Shown piece by piece: positions 12,468-23,711 of a stretch of DNA of 59,658 nt. The DNA is from Aplysia californica (Eukaryota). The stretch is taken from positions 2,541,319 to 2,600,976 of the forward strand of contig NW_004797275.1 in assembly GCF_000002075.1 (NCBI RefSeq), given 5' to 3'. Below the pieces are notes generated by a model, which saw nothing but the letters and a program-made list of their open reading frames with translations, was not told the origin of the DNA and searched no databases. Positions within the stretch are counted from its first letter, which is position 1; every line of letters begins with the position of its first letter. Made by a program: the position numbers and the translations under genes.

Positions 12468-12882
12468 ATCTAATCTACTACATCTAGATAGATCTAGATC
12501 TAGATCTAGATCTATATATCTAGATCTAGATTATAGATCTAGATCTAGATTCTAGATATAGATCTAGATCTAGTAGATCTAGATCTAGATCTAGATTCTA
12601 GATATAGATCTAGATATAGAACTAGATATAAAAGGATGCCCGGAGAAAATAATTCTAATAGTACTACTGTGTAGGAGGGCTGCTAGAATCTAGATCTAGA
12701 TCTAGATCTAGAATCTAGATATCTATCTACACAATCTAGATCTACTATCTAGATCTAGATCTATTATTCTACAACCTTTTAGCTCTAACTAGTCTAGGCT
12801 AATGCTAATGTCTCTGTGACTAATGACACTTCATGACAAATGTGTAGTGTAGGCTAGATCTAGAACTAGATCTAGATCTAGA
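12468..12882. repeat. (TAGATC)n / TCTAGA palindromic hexamer repeat tracts
   Basis: Many tandem tagatc units at 12480-12630, 12685-12762 and 12855-12882. Confidence 0.95.
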
Positions 12883-13237
12883 ATGGGGGTTTTTTTCACG
12901 ATTACAATAATGGACTTGACTGTTAACATTATTTGCGGAAGAACTTCCTTAATGTGAGGGACCACCCAACAAAGATAATAAACAGAAAGAAGAGACCTGG
13001 ATCTACTAACCTTTACCCTGACCCCTACCCTACCATTACCGTTCATTGTCCCTAGCAGAAGGGCTTCTGAAATGAGCGACCACTCAAACAAAAACAATAA
13101 ATCAGACACATAACCCTGACCCAAACCCTATCCCTACCCTTCCCCTAACCTTACCCTTACACCTAGATCTCTATCCCAAACCCTTTACTTTAACCCTCTC
13201 TTCTACTCTGTTTCATAGCACAGTGGACTGTGTTTAT

Positions 13238-14595
13238 GTAACAAGATGGTTAAGATGAAAGAATTTTGATGGATGGTGGTAAAAATGACCTTCTGTATCT
13301 TTCTTTTATTTCAGATCAGAAGCTTCTAAGGTCTTTTACCTCTGACTGATGAGGGAGCAATTTTTAAGGGATGTTATTTGTTTTTGTACAAAAAGATAGA
13401 ATCAATTTTTGGGGGGGAAGAGGCTAGCCGTACTTAATGACGGCTAGACTGGCAGTCTAGCCGTACTTAAGTACGACCTGTACTTATTCTTAATATGATG
13501 GCTAGACTGACCTATTTACAAAAAATAGGCCTACTGAATTGTAAATATACATTTTTAGTGTGCAGTACCTAAAGTATTTGTATTTGAGACGAAACCAGGG
13601 GCCTTAATGACAGTGCATGTATTTTAAACCTCCTGTTTTCTAATGTTAATAGGGCCTAAGATAAGTACGGCTAGACTGGCAGTCTAGCCGTACTTAAGTA
13701 CGGGTAGATATCCAGGCTAGCCGTACTTAAGGACGGCTAGACTGTCAGGCTAGCTGTACTTAATATTGATGGCTGAATTGTAAATGAAATTTTTAGTTTG
13801 CAATGCCTAAAGTATTTGTATTTCAGACAAAACCAAAAGGTGCCTTACTGACTTGCATGTATTTGAACCTGAATAATTACTAGATCTAGATCTAATGAGA
13901 CCTGTGTACTTAACAGGCTTGAGTCGATTGGGCCAAACCTAGATCTAAGTACGGCTAGCCACTTCGGGTTTTTTTTTGGTGCAAGCTGTAAAATATGTGA
14001 TCCAAGTAGGGGAATGCAGATGTTGAAATTTTGCATGCTTTCCGTATTAATCGATTTAATTTTTCTTTATCTTGTTGTCTTGTGTTCCCAGTCCATGCTG
14101 ATACAGAAATTGATTCTCATTATAATGCTTTCTATGGTTGAATGATAGAATATGGACATCAGTGTTTTATCAACTTTAAAATACATGAGCTTCCTTAGAA
14201 AAAAATAGTCTTTTGTTCACTTTTTTTAATGCAGGAGAGAAGTGTGGACACGCCAGTGGAGTTTGTTGTCTGTTGTTACACCCAAATGCGTATAATCTGA
14301 CACTTGCTCGATGTTCTCACTTTTCATTTCGAGTTGCTGCAGGGGCTTTTCTAAAGTTAACAACAAGTTCCTTTGGGTTTTTTCACATTTAAAAGCAGCT
14401 TATGATTTTCACACCATTCAGAAAAGTTAAGAACAAAATTCCAGTTAGCAGTTTCATTATGGTTAGCCTGAATGAGCCCAATTATTGTTGAATCATCCGC
14501 AAATTTGATCAACTTGATGTTACTGTTGTTTATTTGGCAATCGTTGGTGTATAGTGTGAATAAAACTGGTGACAAAACACATCCTTGAGGGGCCA
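13238..14595 (-). mobile_element. Rex1/Babar-type LINE fragment, split by the insertion at 13411-13975
   Basis: APQGCVLSPVLFTLYTND and KFADD motifs; colinear with 15560-16340. Confidence 0.9.
13411..13975. mobile_element. Non-autonomous element with subterminal inverted repeats and internal palindromic tandem repeats (Helentron/HINE-like)
   Basis: gaagaggctagccgtactta ... taagtacggctagccacttc; flanked by T runs; absent from the homologous Rex copy near 15720. Confidence 0.55.
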
Positions 14596-14827
14596 TCTTT
14601 ATGATAAAGATCAGAAACGTAAACGTCTAGCTACGTAACACTTACAAAGTTCACTTACACTAGATCATTCTTGAGCAAAAATGTGCATGCGAGTCAATTG
14701 AATTTGATTGTGTGCATAGTTCAATATCTACAAGGCTTGGGCCACTGATATATTCACGGTATATTTTATCAAACTCAATAAATGGCAAATTATATGTAGT
14801 TTCTGACCTGGATGTTTAGGTCTAGAG

Positions 14828-14988
14828 CAGTGGTTCTTACCTAAGTAGGTCAAACACCAGCTGCTCAGTGAGTCAGTCTTGGGGATTCAAATACAAAGAA
14901 GTCAGTGTCAGGGGTTCAAATACAAAAGGAGTCCATTCGGCTCTCCCCTCTTGAAGGGATCGGTATCCCCAACAAGTAAAACCCACTG
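14828..14988. mobile_element. hAT (Charlie-like) MITE
   Basis: CAGTGG...CCACTG termini with 8-bp TSD-like flanks gtctagag / gtctaata. Confidence 0.65.
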
Positions 14989-15150
14989 GTCTAATAATAA
15001 ATGATAGGTAATATTTTGTATGTATGTGAAGCAGCGTAGTGAAATCAGGCGCTCGTCAAAATACAGAAATCGGAGAAACAGGTATTTTTCTCCCAGTTTG
15101 GACCCTTTTATCTAATTTTTTTTTCATTTTTTTGGCTCAACGTCTCTTTG

Positions 15151-15374
15151 GTTTTTTTGGTTTTGTAAAGTGTTTTTACGGCGCTCGCAACTGCATAAGG
15201 TCATATGAGCGCGCAGGACACACTAATATTTTCAGTTGGTAGGAAATTTTGCCCGGGTGGTGGCCGAAGCCTATAAGATAAGATAAGATAAGATACATCT
15301 GTATTGTCCAGATCCTGGCACATTGGTTTGGTGTTCCACATTGGTTTGGTGTTCCACCACGAGTACACACACAC

Positions 15375-15419
<45 letters not shown>

Positions 15420-16899
15420 TGCACGCACATGCACACACAAGTAGGCTTACAATCACATACATAATATAAATGAGCAGCAATATAAACGATAATAATCGTA
15501 AGCTAGATACACACTCAATGTTATTTTGATGCATGCTCTAAGGTCGTAAGTACACTAAACAAGATGGTTAAGATGGAAGCATTTTGATAGATGATGGTAA
15601 AAATGACCTTCTGTAACTTTCTTTGTTACAGATCAGAAGTATGGGTCTTTTACTTCTGACTGATGTTTTTATTTGAGGGAACAAGGGATGTTTGTTGTCT
15701 AAAAAGATGGAATTAATTTTCTTAGTGCAAGCTGTTATGTACAATTCATCCAAGTACGGGAATGAAGATGTTGAAATTTTACATGCTTTCCGTATTAGTC
15801 GATTTAATTTTTCTTTATCTTGTTGTCTTGTGTTCCCGGCCCATGCTGTTATACAAAAATTGATCTTACTTTCTATGGTTGAATGGTAGAACATGGACAT
15901 CAATGTTTTATCAACTTTAAAATACTTTAGCTTTCTAAGAAAAAATAGTCTTTTGTTCACTTTTTTATGCAGGAGAGAAGTGTGGACACGCCAGTTGAGT
16001 TTGTTGTCTATTGTAACACCCAAATACTTATAGTCTGACACTTGCTCGATGTTTTCACATTTCATTTTGAGTGGCTGCAGGGGCAGTTTCTTTATTCTAA
16101 AATCAACGACAAGTTCTTTTGTTTTTTTCACATTTAAAAGCAGCTTATGATTTTCACACCATTCAGAAAAATTAAGTACAAAATTCCGGTAAGCGGTTTC
16201 GTTATGGTCAGCCTGAATTAGCCCAATTATAGCTGAATCATCTGCAAATTTTATCAACTTGATGTTACTGTTGTTTATTTGGCAATCGTTCGTGTATAGT
16301 GTGAATAAAACTGGTGACAAAACACATCCTTGAGGGGCCCCTGTATTTGTTGTGATGTATGTCGATGAAGAATGTTTTAATTTTACATACTGGGTTCGGT
16401 TGGTAAGAAAATTGCCTATCCATGATATTAAATTGACGTTAACACCTATGTTTTCTAATTTCTTTAAAAGGATAGCTGGCTGGATAGTATTAAAGGCTGA
16501 CGAAAAATCAACAAACAGGATCTTTAAGGGATCTTTAACGTGCGCAGCTTGCACACAGGCCCTCCGAGATTTTTCGCCCTTGTCCGAGAAGGCTAGGTGT
16601 AGATCTTTCCTACCAGAAGATCAGGGGTGTGGCAGAAAGACAGCAGTAAGGAGGAGCCAAGGAGTAGCAGTAGAAAGGCTGCAGAAAGAGTCAGGAGCCC
16701 AGAGGAGGGGGCAAAGGAGGTGAGGGGGTGGGGGCAGAAAGTGGAAATGAAAGCAGACGACAGAACATGGCAAGAGAGCGGGAAAGGAGGTGAAAGGAGA
16801 CAATTTTAGAGAAGAAAATTTTTTGGTCGCTACCCGGATTTAAACCCGAGACCTTTGAATGAGAGTCCTACACCTTAACCTCTAGGCCACGAGAGCCCC
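15151..16899 (-). mobile_element. tRNA-derived SINE carrying the Nimb LINE 3' tail, interrupted by a Rex LINE
   Basis: Minus-strand head ggctctcgtggcctagaggttaagg...gggtttaaatccgggtagcgacca (boxes A and B, 16897-16824); tail gcgcgctcatatgaccttatgcagttgcgagcgccgtaaaa (15214-15174); TSD-like ctcaacgtct / ctcaacatct. Confidence 0.75.
15272..16550 (-). mobile_element. Rex1/Babar-type LINE, 5'-truncated, RT C-terminal half open (ORF 15568-16554)
   Basis: LFVDFSSAFNTIQP, TGAPQGCVLSPVLFTLYTND, KFADD, NVKKTKELVVDFR, YKYLGV; (CA)n 3' UTR; (ATAAG)n tail. Confidence 0.92.
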
Positions 16900-17259
16900 C
16901 TCAACATCTTTATGTCCGTATAAAAACATATTTCCATTTGAATTTTTTTTTTTTTTTATTTGTTAAATGCACAAAAATTGTCATTTTTTTGTTTTCAAGG
17001 ACTCTTTAGCTATAGATTTAAGAGTTACCAAACTTTGGTGATCATTTTACGGCTAATTTCACTTCTGAGACCATGCAACCTCCTCCTCCTTCAATCACAA
17101 ATATTACGACTTGTATTAACGATAAATGGATAATTTTTAAACTATAGTAAGACCAATGAAAAAGCTTTAAGATGATACCAATAAAACCCCATATGCTCCA
17201 AATTTGACGAGCGCCTGATTCCACCATGTCATGACATATATATATAAATATATATATAT

Positions 17260-17656
17260 GTGTCAGGATGCGATGGAATAAGGCGCTCGTCTATTTTTGG
17301 GCATATGGAGTAATTGGTATCATCTTAAAGCCTGATCATTTGCCTTGCTTTGAATGAAAAAATATCTTTCTATCTTGAATAGAAATCGAGATATTTGTGA
17401 TTGAAGAAGGTGGGGGTCACCGGGTTCAGAGTAAAATTAGCAAGAAAATGGCTGCCACAGTTTGGTGACTTCCATAGCTTACGGGTCTTTGATTACTTTG
17501 AAAACCCTTAAATCAACATCTTTCGGTAAAATCCACTAAAAGATGTTGGGCCAAAAAACAAAAATTCGATAAATATTTTGTCAAACCAGCAAAAAAATGC
17601 TGGTTTCTTCAATTTCAGTATTTTGACGAGCGCCTGATTTCACCAAGGTGCCTCAC
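17260..17656. mobile_element. GTG...CAC TIR MITE, same family as 33921
   Basis: gtgtcagg...tggaataaggcgctcgtc ... gacgagcgcctgatttcacc...cctcac; sits next to an (AT)n run. Confidence 0.8.
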
Positions 17657-17780
17657 ACCCACCCATATGTATATATATATATTTTATCTGTAGTTCAATG
17701 TTATGCTACTCCTACTATAAATGTGTCTATTTTATTAATCTTAAGAAAAACACAGCCTGTTACAAGCATCAAGCACTGTC

Positions 17781-17877
17781 ATGAAGATTGCAATCATTGG
17801 TGGAGGAATCGCAGGACTGACGTGTGCAGCAAGACTAGGCCAGCTTGGCATATCAGATGTAACAGTCTTTGACACTG
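17781..17877 (+). CDS. Renalase-like FAD/NAD(P) oxidoreductase, coding exon A (Rossmann dinucleotide-binding motif)
   Basis: MKIAIIGGGIAGLTCAARLGQLGISDVTVFDT-G; GxGxxG; donor G|GTAAGC at 17878 (phase 1). Too short for the ORF track. Confidence 0.9.
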
Positions 17878-17918
17878 GTAAGCATCATCAAGCAGTAGGC
17901 TGCAGACAACCATATTAA

Positions 17919-18157
17919 CCCTATCCATACGTCTTGTTTTACTATCGTATCCATACAACGTGGGGAACTCTGTGCCACCACTTTCCAAAAAGGAAATTTG
18001 CTCTTTGATCCGATCCGTACGCTTTGCATAGCAGTCTGTCAAAATTATTTTTTGAGAAATACTGAAAGTTTCAAAGAGATCGTCGTACTAGAAGTATTCT
18101 AAAATGTGAAGAATACAACCCCGGGGTACAAAATGACCCCAGGGCGTACGGATAGGG
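17919..18157. mobile_element. piggyBac-like MITE
   Basis: TTAA|ccctatccatacg ... cgtacggataggg|TTAA. Confidence 0.85.
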
Positions 18158-19274
18158 TTAAACAGATTCATGAGAAAGAAAAATGGGGTCTCAGGTCTTA
18201 AGCGCTTAAAGCTCAAGCATTGTTTACAATTTTCAATGAGTGAAGAGGGCCCTAATTTTCTTACCCTTAGAACAGTGCTTTTTAGTAAAATAATAACTAT
18301 AAAAAGCAACCATATCATTATGTAACAAGAGCCTTTGAAATGGCATAAAATGCTTTTCACTTCTGTATAATATATGAGTTTAAGATTGACACCCTACTAG
18401 ATGCACAAAGATCATTTTGAAAGGGGGCGGGGATATAAAAGAACCATTCAATCAGCTGATCAGCATGAAAAAGGGGGATAAGAACACTATAGTATGCAGA
18501 AAAGGTGCAACCCCTTTGACATATAGAGACTTGGAAAGTTTCACCATATGATGGTGATGCAGCAGAATGTTTATATCTCTCAGCATGTTCAGGGGTCAAT
18601 CATGATTCATGAGATGTGAGAATATTAAAAGCATAAAGATAAAATTTTCATTTTGATTGCACAGTGTCAATTGTAAACAGTCGTGGTAACATTAAGTATG
18701 ATTTTAAAAGACAATGGTAATTGTCTCAAATTTGATTATTTAAAAAGAGCCTCCTCAAAGCAATGGAAAAAAGACAACCTCAACTTGTTGACATGCTTCT
18801 CTCAAAATAGGACGCACTAATTTGTTTTCATTCATTACTTCACCCGTTGCATTCATTCCACACTTTTGCTCTGATGACTAGTGGGGATCTCAGTTTCTTC
18901 TCTTTAAATAAATGGTTTTTAGTCCTTCAAGCAGCTCCATGTAGTGTTTGGACTCTTTGAGCTTATGAAGTCCTTAGTACATGATGTTCTCAGATTTCTT
19001 AAGCAGTTGTTAAAGACAAACACAAAGATAACATTGACTTTTAATGTGCCATATAAGATAATAATAGAACAATGTCATCCCTTCAGAGGCTGAAATGACA
19101 AATAAAGAGGCGCTTGGGTTTGGGGGGTCTGTGCCAGTTTGATTTTACTAACTTTTGGCAGGATTTGGAATACAGTCTTTTAAGAAATACTTGTGGCAGT
19201 TACTGTTCTGATGGATTTACAGTGGTTCATGTTGTTTCAAATTAAACATGTACATTTTTCCCCCCATAAAACAG

Positions 19275-19502
19275 GCAAACATGCAGTCGGTGGAAGATGC
19301 TCAAGTCGCATTGTAAACATCAATGGGCAGCTGTCAGTGTTTGACCACTGTGTGCAGTATTTCACAGCTAGTGACCCCAGGTTCAAAAAGATCTTGAGCT
19401 ACTTGATCAGAGATGGTGCAGTGACACAATGGAAAGGTCCAGTCGGCCATCTTCAGAGAGGAAGATTTCAGGCTGATTCACAATTTACTCAAGCTTATGT
19501 TG
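19275..19502 (+). CDS. Renalase-like oxidoreductase, coding exon B
   Basis: cag|GC AAA...: KHAVGGRCSSR...FDHCVQYFTASDPRF...WKGPVG...AYV; donor G|GTAAGT; 228 nt, phase 1-1. Confidence 0.92.
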
Positions 19503-21269
19503 GTAAGTAGAAGATAGCTTTGAAAATTTTGAAATTTTATTACAGTCCAGCTAACTCACAGCAAAATCAGCAGGTAGCGGAAATCTTTTTGTGCTCAAAT
19601 TTTAAATATTTAGAATATAATACATCATGATAATAATGATAATAATAATTATAATTGCATCTTTTATATAAGTATTATATATAGTGCATATCCAGGCTCT
19701 ACAGCATGCTCTAATCGCTTTACAATTATAGGCCTACATGTATAAGAAAAAATCTGAGACCTGAAATTCTGTTTGCTGTCATACACGTGGTTTGCTATGC
19801 GTGTGCTAAACTGTACAGTCAAATCCCATTATACCGCCTATGTTGGGAAGAGCATGAAGTTGGAGGTACAGCAGGGCTGGAGGTACAATGAGGTTTTCAT
19901 GTCCCCTGCTAAATACATGGGTGAGTCCTCACTAAATAAAAGCCCCACAGGAATTCATCAGCTTGTAAGTTTTTGGGCTGATATCTGGCGATGCCGGATT
20001 TTTGGGGGGGTTTGGGGGGGGGGGGTGAGATGGCGAGGTCACTTAAAAGTTTCTCCAGGTGACTTAAATAGTCAGATTCGCGCGGAGAGCGAAATTTGAT
20101 GCTGAATTACAAAGTTATATTTTATTTTAAATGTACTCTTCTATATTACACACATTGTATTGTGTTTGCTTTTGACACACTACATCACCGTAGATCTATC
20201 TATCCATTTTTCCTGAAATCTACAAGACAAGGGTGGGGAGGAGAGTTGCACAGGGAGGGAGCAAATTAGAGAAAAGTGTTTGATCTAGACCTAGGCGCTA
20301 GCTTGTTGAGACGTGTGTGAAAGTTTGTCTAGCAACCACAGAGTGGATGTGCCATGCACTGTGTGTAGCCAAGTGTGTACTGTGTATTTCTGGTGGCCAG
20401 TTCGCTGGCGATGTACACCTGAGACAGATGGCTGATGGCGGTGTAAAGGCGCAAATACTGTGTTTATATAGGGGATTCTTTTTCGTACATTGGCAAAACC
20501 TGGTGGTAAGCGGGGCTGGGGGTTCAACAGAGGGGAAGGGGTACATGGAGGGGAGGTTTGACTGTATATATTTCCATATATAGTAGCATGAACCAGTACT
20601 GAGTGGATGCATTCTGCATAACGTTTGATAGCTTTAGAATGTTGTTGGAAATTTTCAAATTTGATTTGACCATTTCTATTAAATGGATGCCATGTCAGAA
20701 GATAGAACAATTAAGACAAGTTTTTATAGACACCTACATGAAGCACTAACATTATGTGCAGTAATAGTAGTCCTTTAGATTGTTTAATCATGCAGTAAGT
20801 ATCAAATTAACATCACAGCATTCTCAGACTGGTTTCCTCCTTGATATGTTCAACTGTATCTAATTACTGGTCTTATGGTTGGTCAAGTGATTGTAGCAAT
20901 AACTTGTGATTAAAGTATGAGTTCTCAGATTTATGAGTGCCTTTGCTTACTTTCATTCTCATTAGCATTCTTATTTGTCTGCCTGGAAGATATCATTTGC
21001 TGGAAAGTCTTTTTTTATTTGTTGACATTCTACAGTTTGAAAATTCTGTAAACTCTCAATGTCAGACTGTATATTTAAAGCAGTTTGTTTTGTTTTTCAA
21101 AAGTTTTAAGAAGTTGTCAAAAATTTTCTGCATTTCAGATTATACCCCTTGGAGCTGATTGTGTTATTCTCATTATATTTCAAATAAGCAGGGTTTTTTC
21201 TCTTGCTCATCAATATCTGCATGAGATTTTTGCATTTCTATTAAAAGTTTATTCTGTTCTATGTCGCAG

Positions 21270-22034
21270 GTGTGAATGGCATGAGGTCAGTCCCTGAAAG
21301 CCTGGCAAAGTTCTGCAAAGTTCAACGACCAGCATGGGTCAGTACTATTCAGTTTGACTATCACCTAAAGAAATGGACTGTTGACAAATGGGGTGTATAT
21401 GACTTTGTAGTCATTGCTCATAACGGGAAGTGCGCTGCTAAACTGACAGAAAATGCTGGTGCTCCAGAAATCCACAGGCTTTGTCATACACGTTTTGCGT
21501 CTCGGGTTAATCCCAAGGACAGTCGCATGACGTTGTGTTCATTGTTTGTTCTCATGGTGGCTTTTGAGCGCTCACTTAAGTTACCCTACGAGGGAGCTCA
21601 TGTAGCCGACAGTAACATCTCATGGATAGCCAACAACTCGGCCAAACTCAAAGGTACATCTTCATCTTCAGGGATTTTGCCAGGAAATAAATTGGAATGC
21701 TGGACAATTATCAGTTCTAAAAATTTAGCAGAGCAGAACAAAGTCCCCCAAGAACACATACCTCAGAATGTGGAAAAACGAATATCTGGCATCATGCTGG
21801 AATCTTTTGCAGAAGCAACTGGACTTAAAGGGAAGCTGCCAGTTGTACACTTTCAGAAACTACAGCTATGGGGAGCGGCCGTGCCCCTGAACACATTAGC
21901 CACCGGGTCTGAGTGTGTCTTTGATGCCCAACGTCAGATTGGAATCTGCAGCGACTGGTTGGTCAGTCCCTGTGTTCAGGGTGCAGCAGTCAGTGGACTG
22001 GCCTTGGCAGAAGCAATTGGATCCTGTATCAAAG
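21270..22034 (+). CDS. Renalase-like oxidoreductase, coding exon C
   Basis: cgcag|GT GTG AAT GGC ATG: NGMRS...VIAHNGKCA...SWIANNSAKL...QLWGAAVP...GICSDWL...AAVSGLALA; donor AAAG|GTATTG; 765 nt, phase 1-1. Confidence 0.92.
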
Positions 22035-22109
22035 GTATTGAACTTACTCTTGCCTTTGCTTAAGATTGTTTTGTTGTATTTCTATAGTTATTCCAAATGC
22101 GATGTAGGC

Positions 22110-22515
22110 TGATGGAAAATTTGATCCTACCCCCCAGGGCGGTGTTACTGACTGAAGTATCTTTAGCCCATTCCCAAAGGGGGACATTAACATGTTCTTA
22201 TGCTCAGTAGAATTGTAAATGGGCTGATTCATCAATGTCGTGCTCATAACTGTGCCTGAACTGCATACGGGGAACTTCTGCTTTTTCTTTCCTAATTCTT
22301 ACTATCATCATTTTTTCTCTACTTCTTTTGTATGTTTGTCTCTCTTTTGTGACCCGCTATTTCTGGGTGCCTTGATAGTCAAAGCAGACTTTGTGCTGTT
22401 GAAGTTAGAGAGGTGAGCAGAGTAAGCCTGATTCCCTGTATAGACTTCTCTGTTGACATCCACCCATTGGCACTCATGTGACCTTATGCAGTTGCGTCGC
22501 CGTAAAAACTCTACT
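22110..22515 (+). mobile_element. Non-coding retroelement (SINE-like or LINE 3' UTR) ending in the Nimb-type tail
   Basis: About 380 bp reverse-complementary to 24607-24990; ends cactcatgtgaccttatgcagttgcgtcgccgtaaaa. Confidence 0.75.
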
Positions 22516-22694
22516 AAAACGAAGCAAACAAGAGATTGATCCACTGTGCGCAAACAGTAGGTTCATCAACTGCTATTGTGCTGAAATAGCTTTAACAGAT
22601 ATCATTTTCCACCAGACTTTCACATATCTTTGGCTAGCTGTTCAAATGTACTAAGCCCAAAATTTTGAAGAAATTTTTTATTGCAGTTCCTTAA

Positions 22695-22934
22695 CCCTAT
22701 CCGTATGCACTGGGGTCATTTTGCACCCCCGGGGTTGTATTCTTTACATTTTAGAATACTTCTAGTGTGAAGATTTCTTTGAATCTTTCAGTATTTCTCA
22801 AAAAATCATTTTGACAGACCACTATACAAAGCTTACGGATCGGATTAACGAGTAAATTTCTTCTTTGGAAAGTGGTGGCACAGAGTTCCCCACGTTGTAT
22901 GGATCTGATAGTGAAGCACGATGTTTGGATAGGT
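22695..22934. mobile_element. piggyBac-like MITE, inverted copy of 17919-18157
   Basis: TTAA|ccctatccgtatgc ... ttggataggt|TTAA; internal sequence matches the reverse complement of the first copy. Confidence 0.85.
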
Positions 22935-23634
22935 TTAATCTGTGCTGTCGGTTGCATATGCTCAATAAATAGTTTGTCAAAACTCAAATTGTAATGTTGA
23001 AAACAAGTTACATAAAATAGGTACAATTGTTAAAAGAATGAAACAGTTTTTCCTCTCAAGTGAAAAATGTTGCTTTTTTGGACATTTGAACAGCTGACGA
23101 CTATATGTGATTGTTACTTTAATATTTTTCTTTAAGGCTTTTCGGTTTCTTTCTCATTCATGTTTCCTTTATCCTACAGGCTAAGTCCTCTACCTTCTAA
23201 ATGATGAAGCCTGATTCGTTGATTAGTAGTGGAGTGTTCATCTCACCAAAATACTGAAACAATTCTTTCCCTTACTCCTGTGATTTTTCTTTTACCTTTG
23301 CATTTTTATGCATGTTTTTTTTTTTTATGTCCATAGGATAAGTCAAAGTGATTTGCAACTTCCATTGCATTTCATAACTTAAACTACTGTTCCAGATTTC
23401 ATAATGGAGTAAAAAATGTGCAGCATCTTTAGAAAGTTTTGCAATGAGATTATTTCACTCAAAACAATAGAAGGATGAAAATCATATGGGTTTTTTTATT
23501 ATTATTATTATTGATAAGACACAGAATGATGCAAGACTCAAATTAATTGTTCACCTTTGTAACTTTTTCAAAATGGTGATATAGACTTACCCATGTTGCC
23601 TAATTAGTTATTTTGTTTCTTATCTTTTTTTTAG

Positions 23635-23711
23635 GGAACAAGTCAAGCACCAGTTTACAGCCATTGTTCAAAGAAGAGAGTCAGAGCAACCCTATCGGAG
23701 CCTTTCCATGA
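23635..23711 (+). CDS. Renalase-like oxidoreductase, terminal coding exon D
   Basis: Branch-like cctaat, long T tract, ttag|GG AAC; phase 1 matches exon C; reads G-NKSSTSLQPLFKEESQSNPIGAFP*. AATAAA near 23945. Spliced CDS A-D is 1167 nt (388 aa). Confidence 0.75.

Larger units (their letters stand above)
15026..17237. mobile_element. GTG...CAC TIR MITE interrupted by a SINE and a LINE
   Basis: TIR core gtgaaatcaggcgctcgtcaaa (15039) / tttgacgagcgcctgattccacc (17203); halves match intact copies at 17260 and 33921. Confidence 0.8.

Noticed and set aside
13411-13975. CRISPR-like array of palindromic repeats
   Set aside because: Eukaryotic context, no regular unique spacers and no cas genes.
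16824-16897. tRNA-Glu gene
   Set aside because: Imperfect stems and box B, continues into a SINE body, and has TSD-like flanks; it is a SINE head. The same applies to the heads at 27955 and 32821.
20291-20710. 139-aa antisense ORF within an intron
   Set aside because: No recognisable motifs or splice support.
21272-22063. 263-aa ORF as a stand-alone gene
   Set aside because: It lacks the Rossmann motif, starts right after a splice acceptor and is an internal exon of the spliced gene.
17781-23711. Recent algal transfer or contamination as a firm conclusion
   Set aside because: The gene has long TE-filled introns and host-like composition; its origin cannot be decided without a phylogeny.
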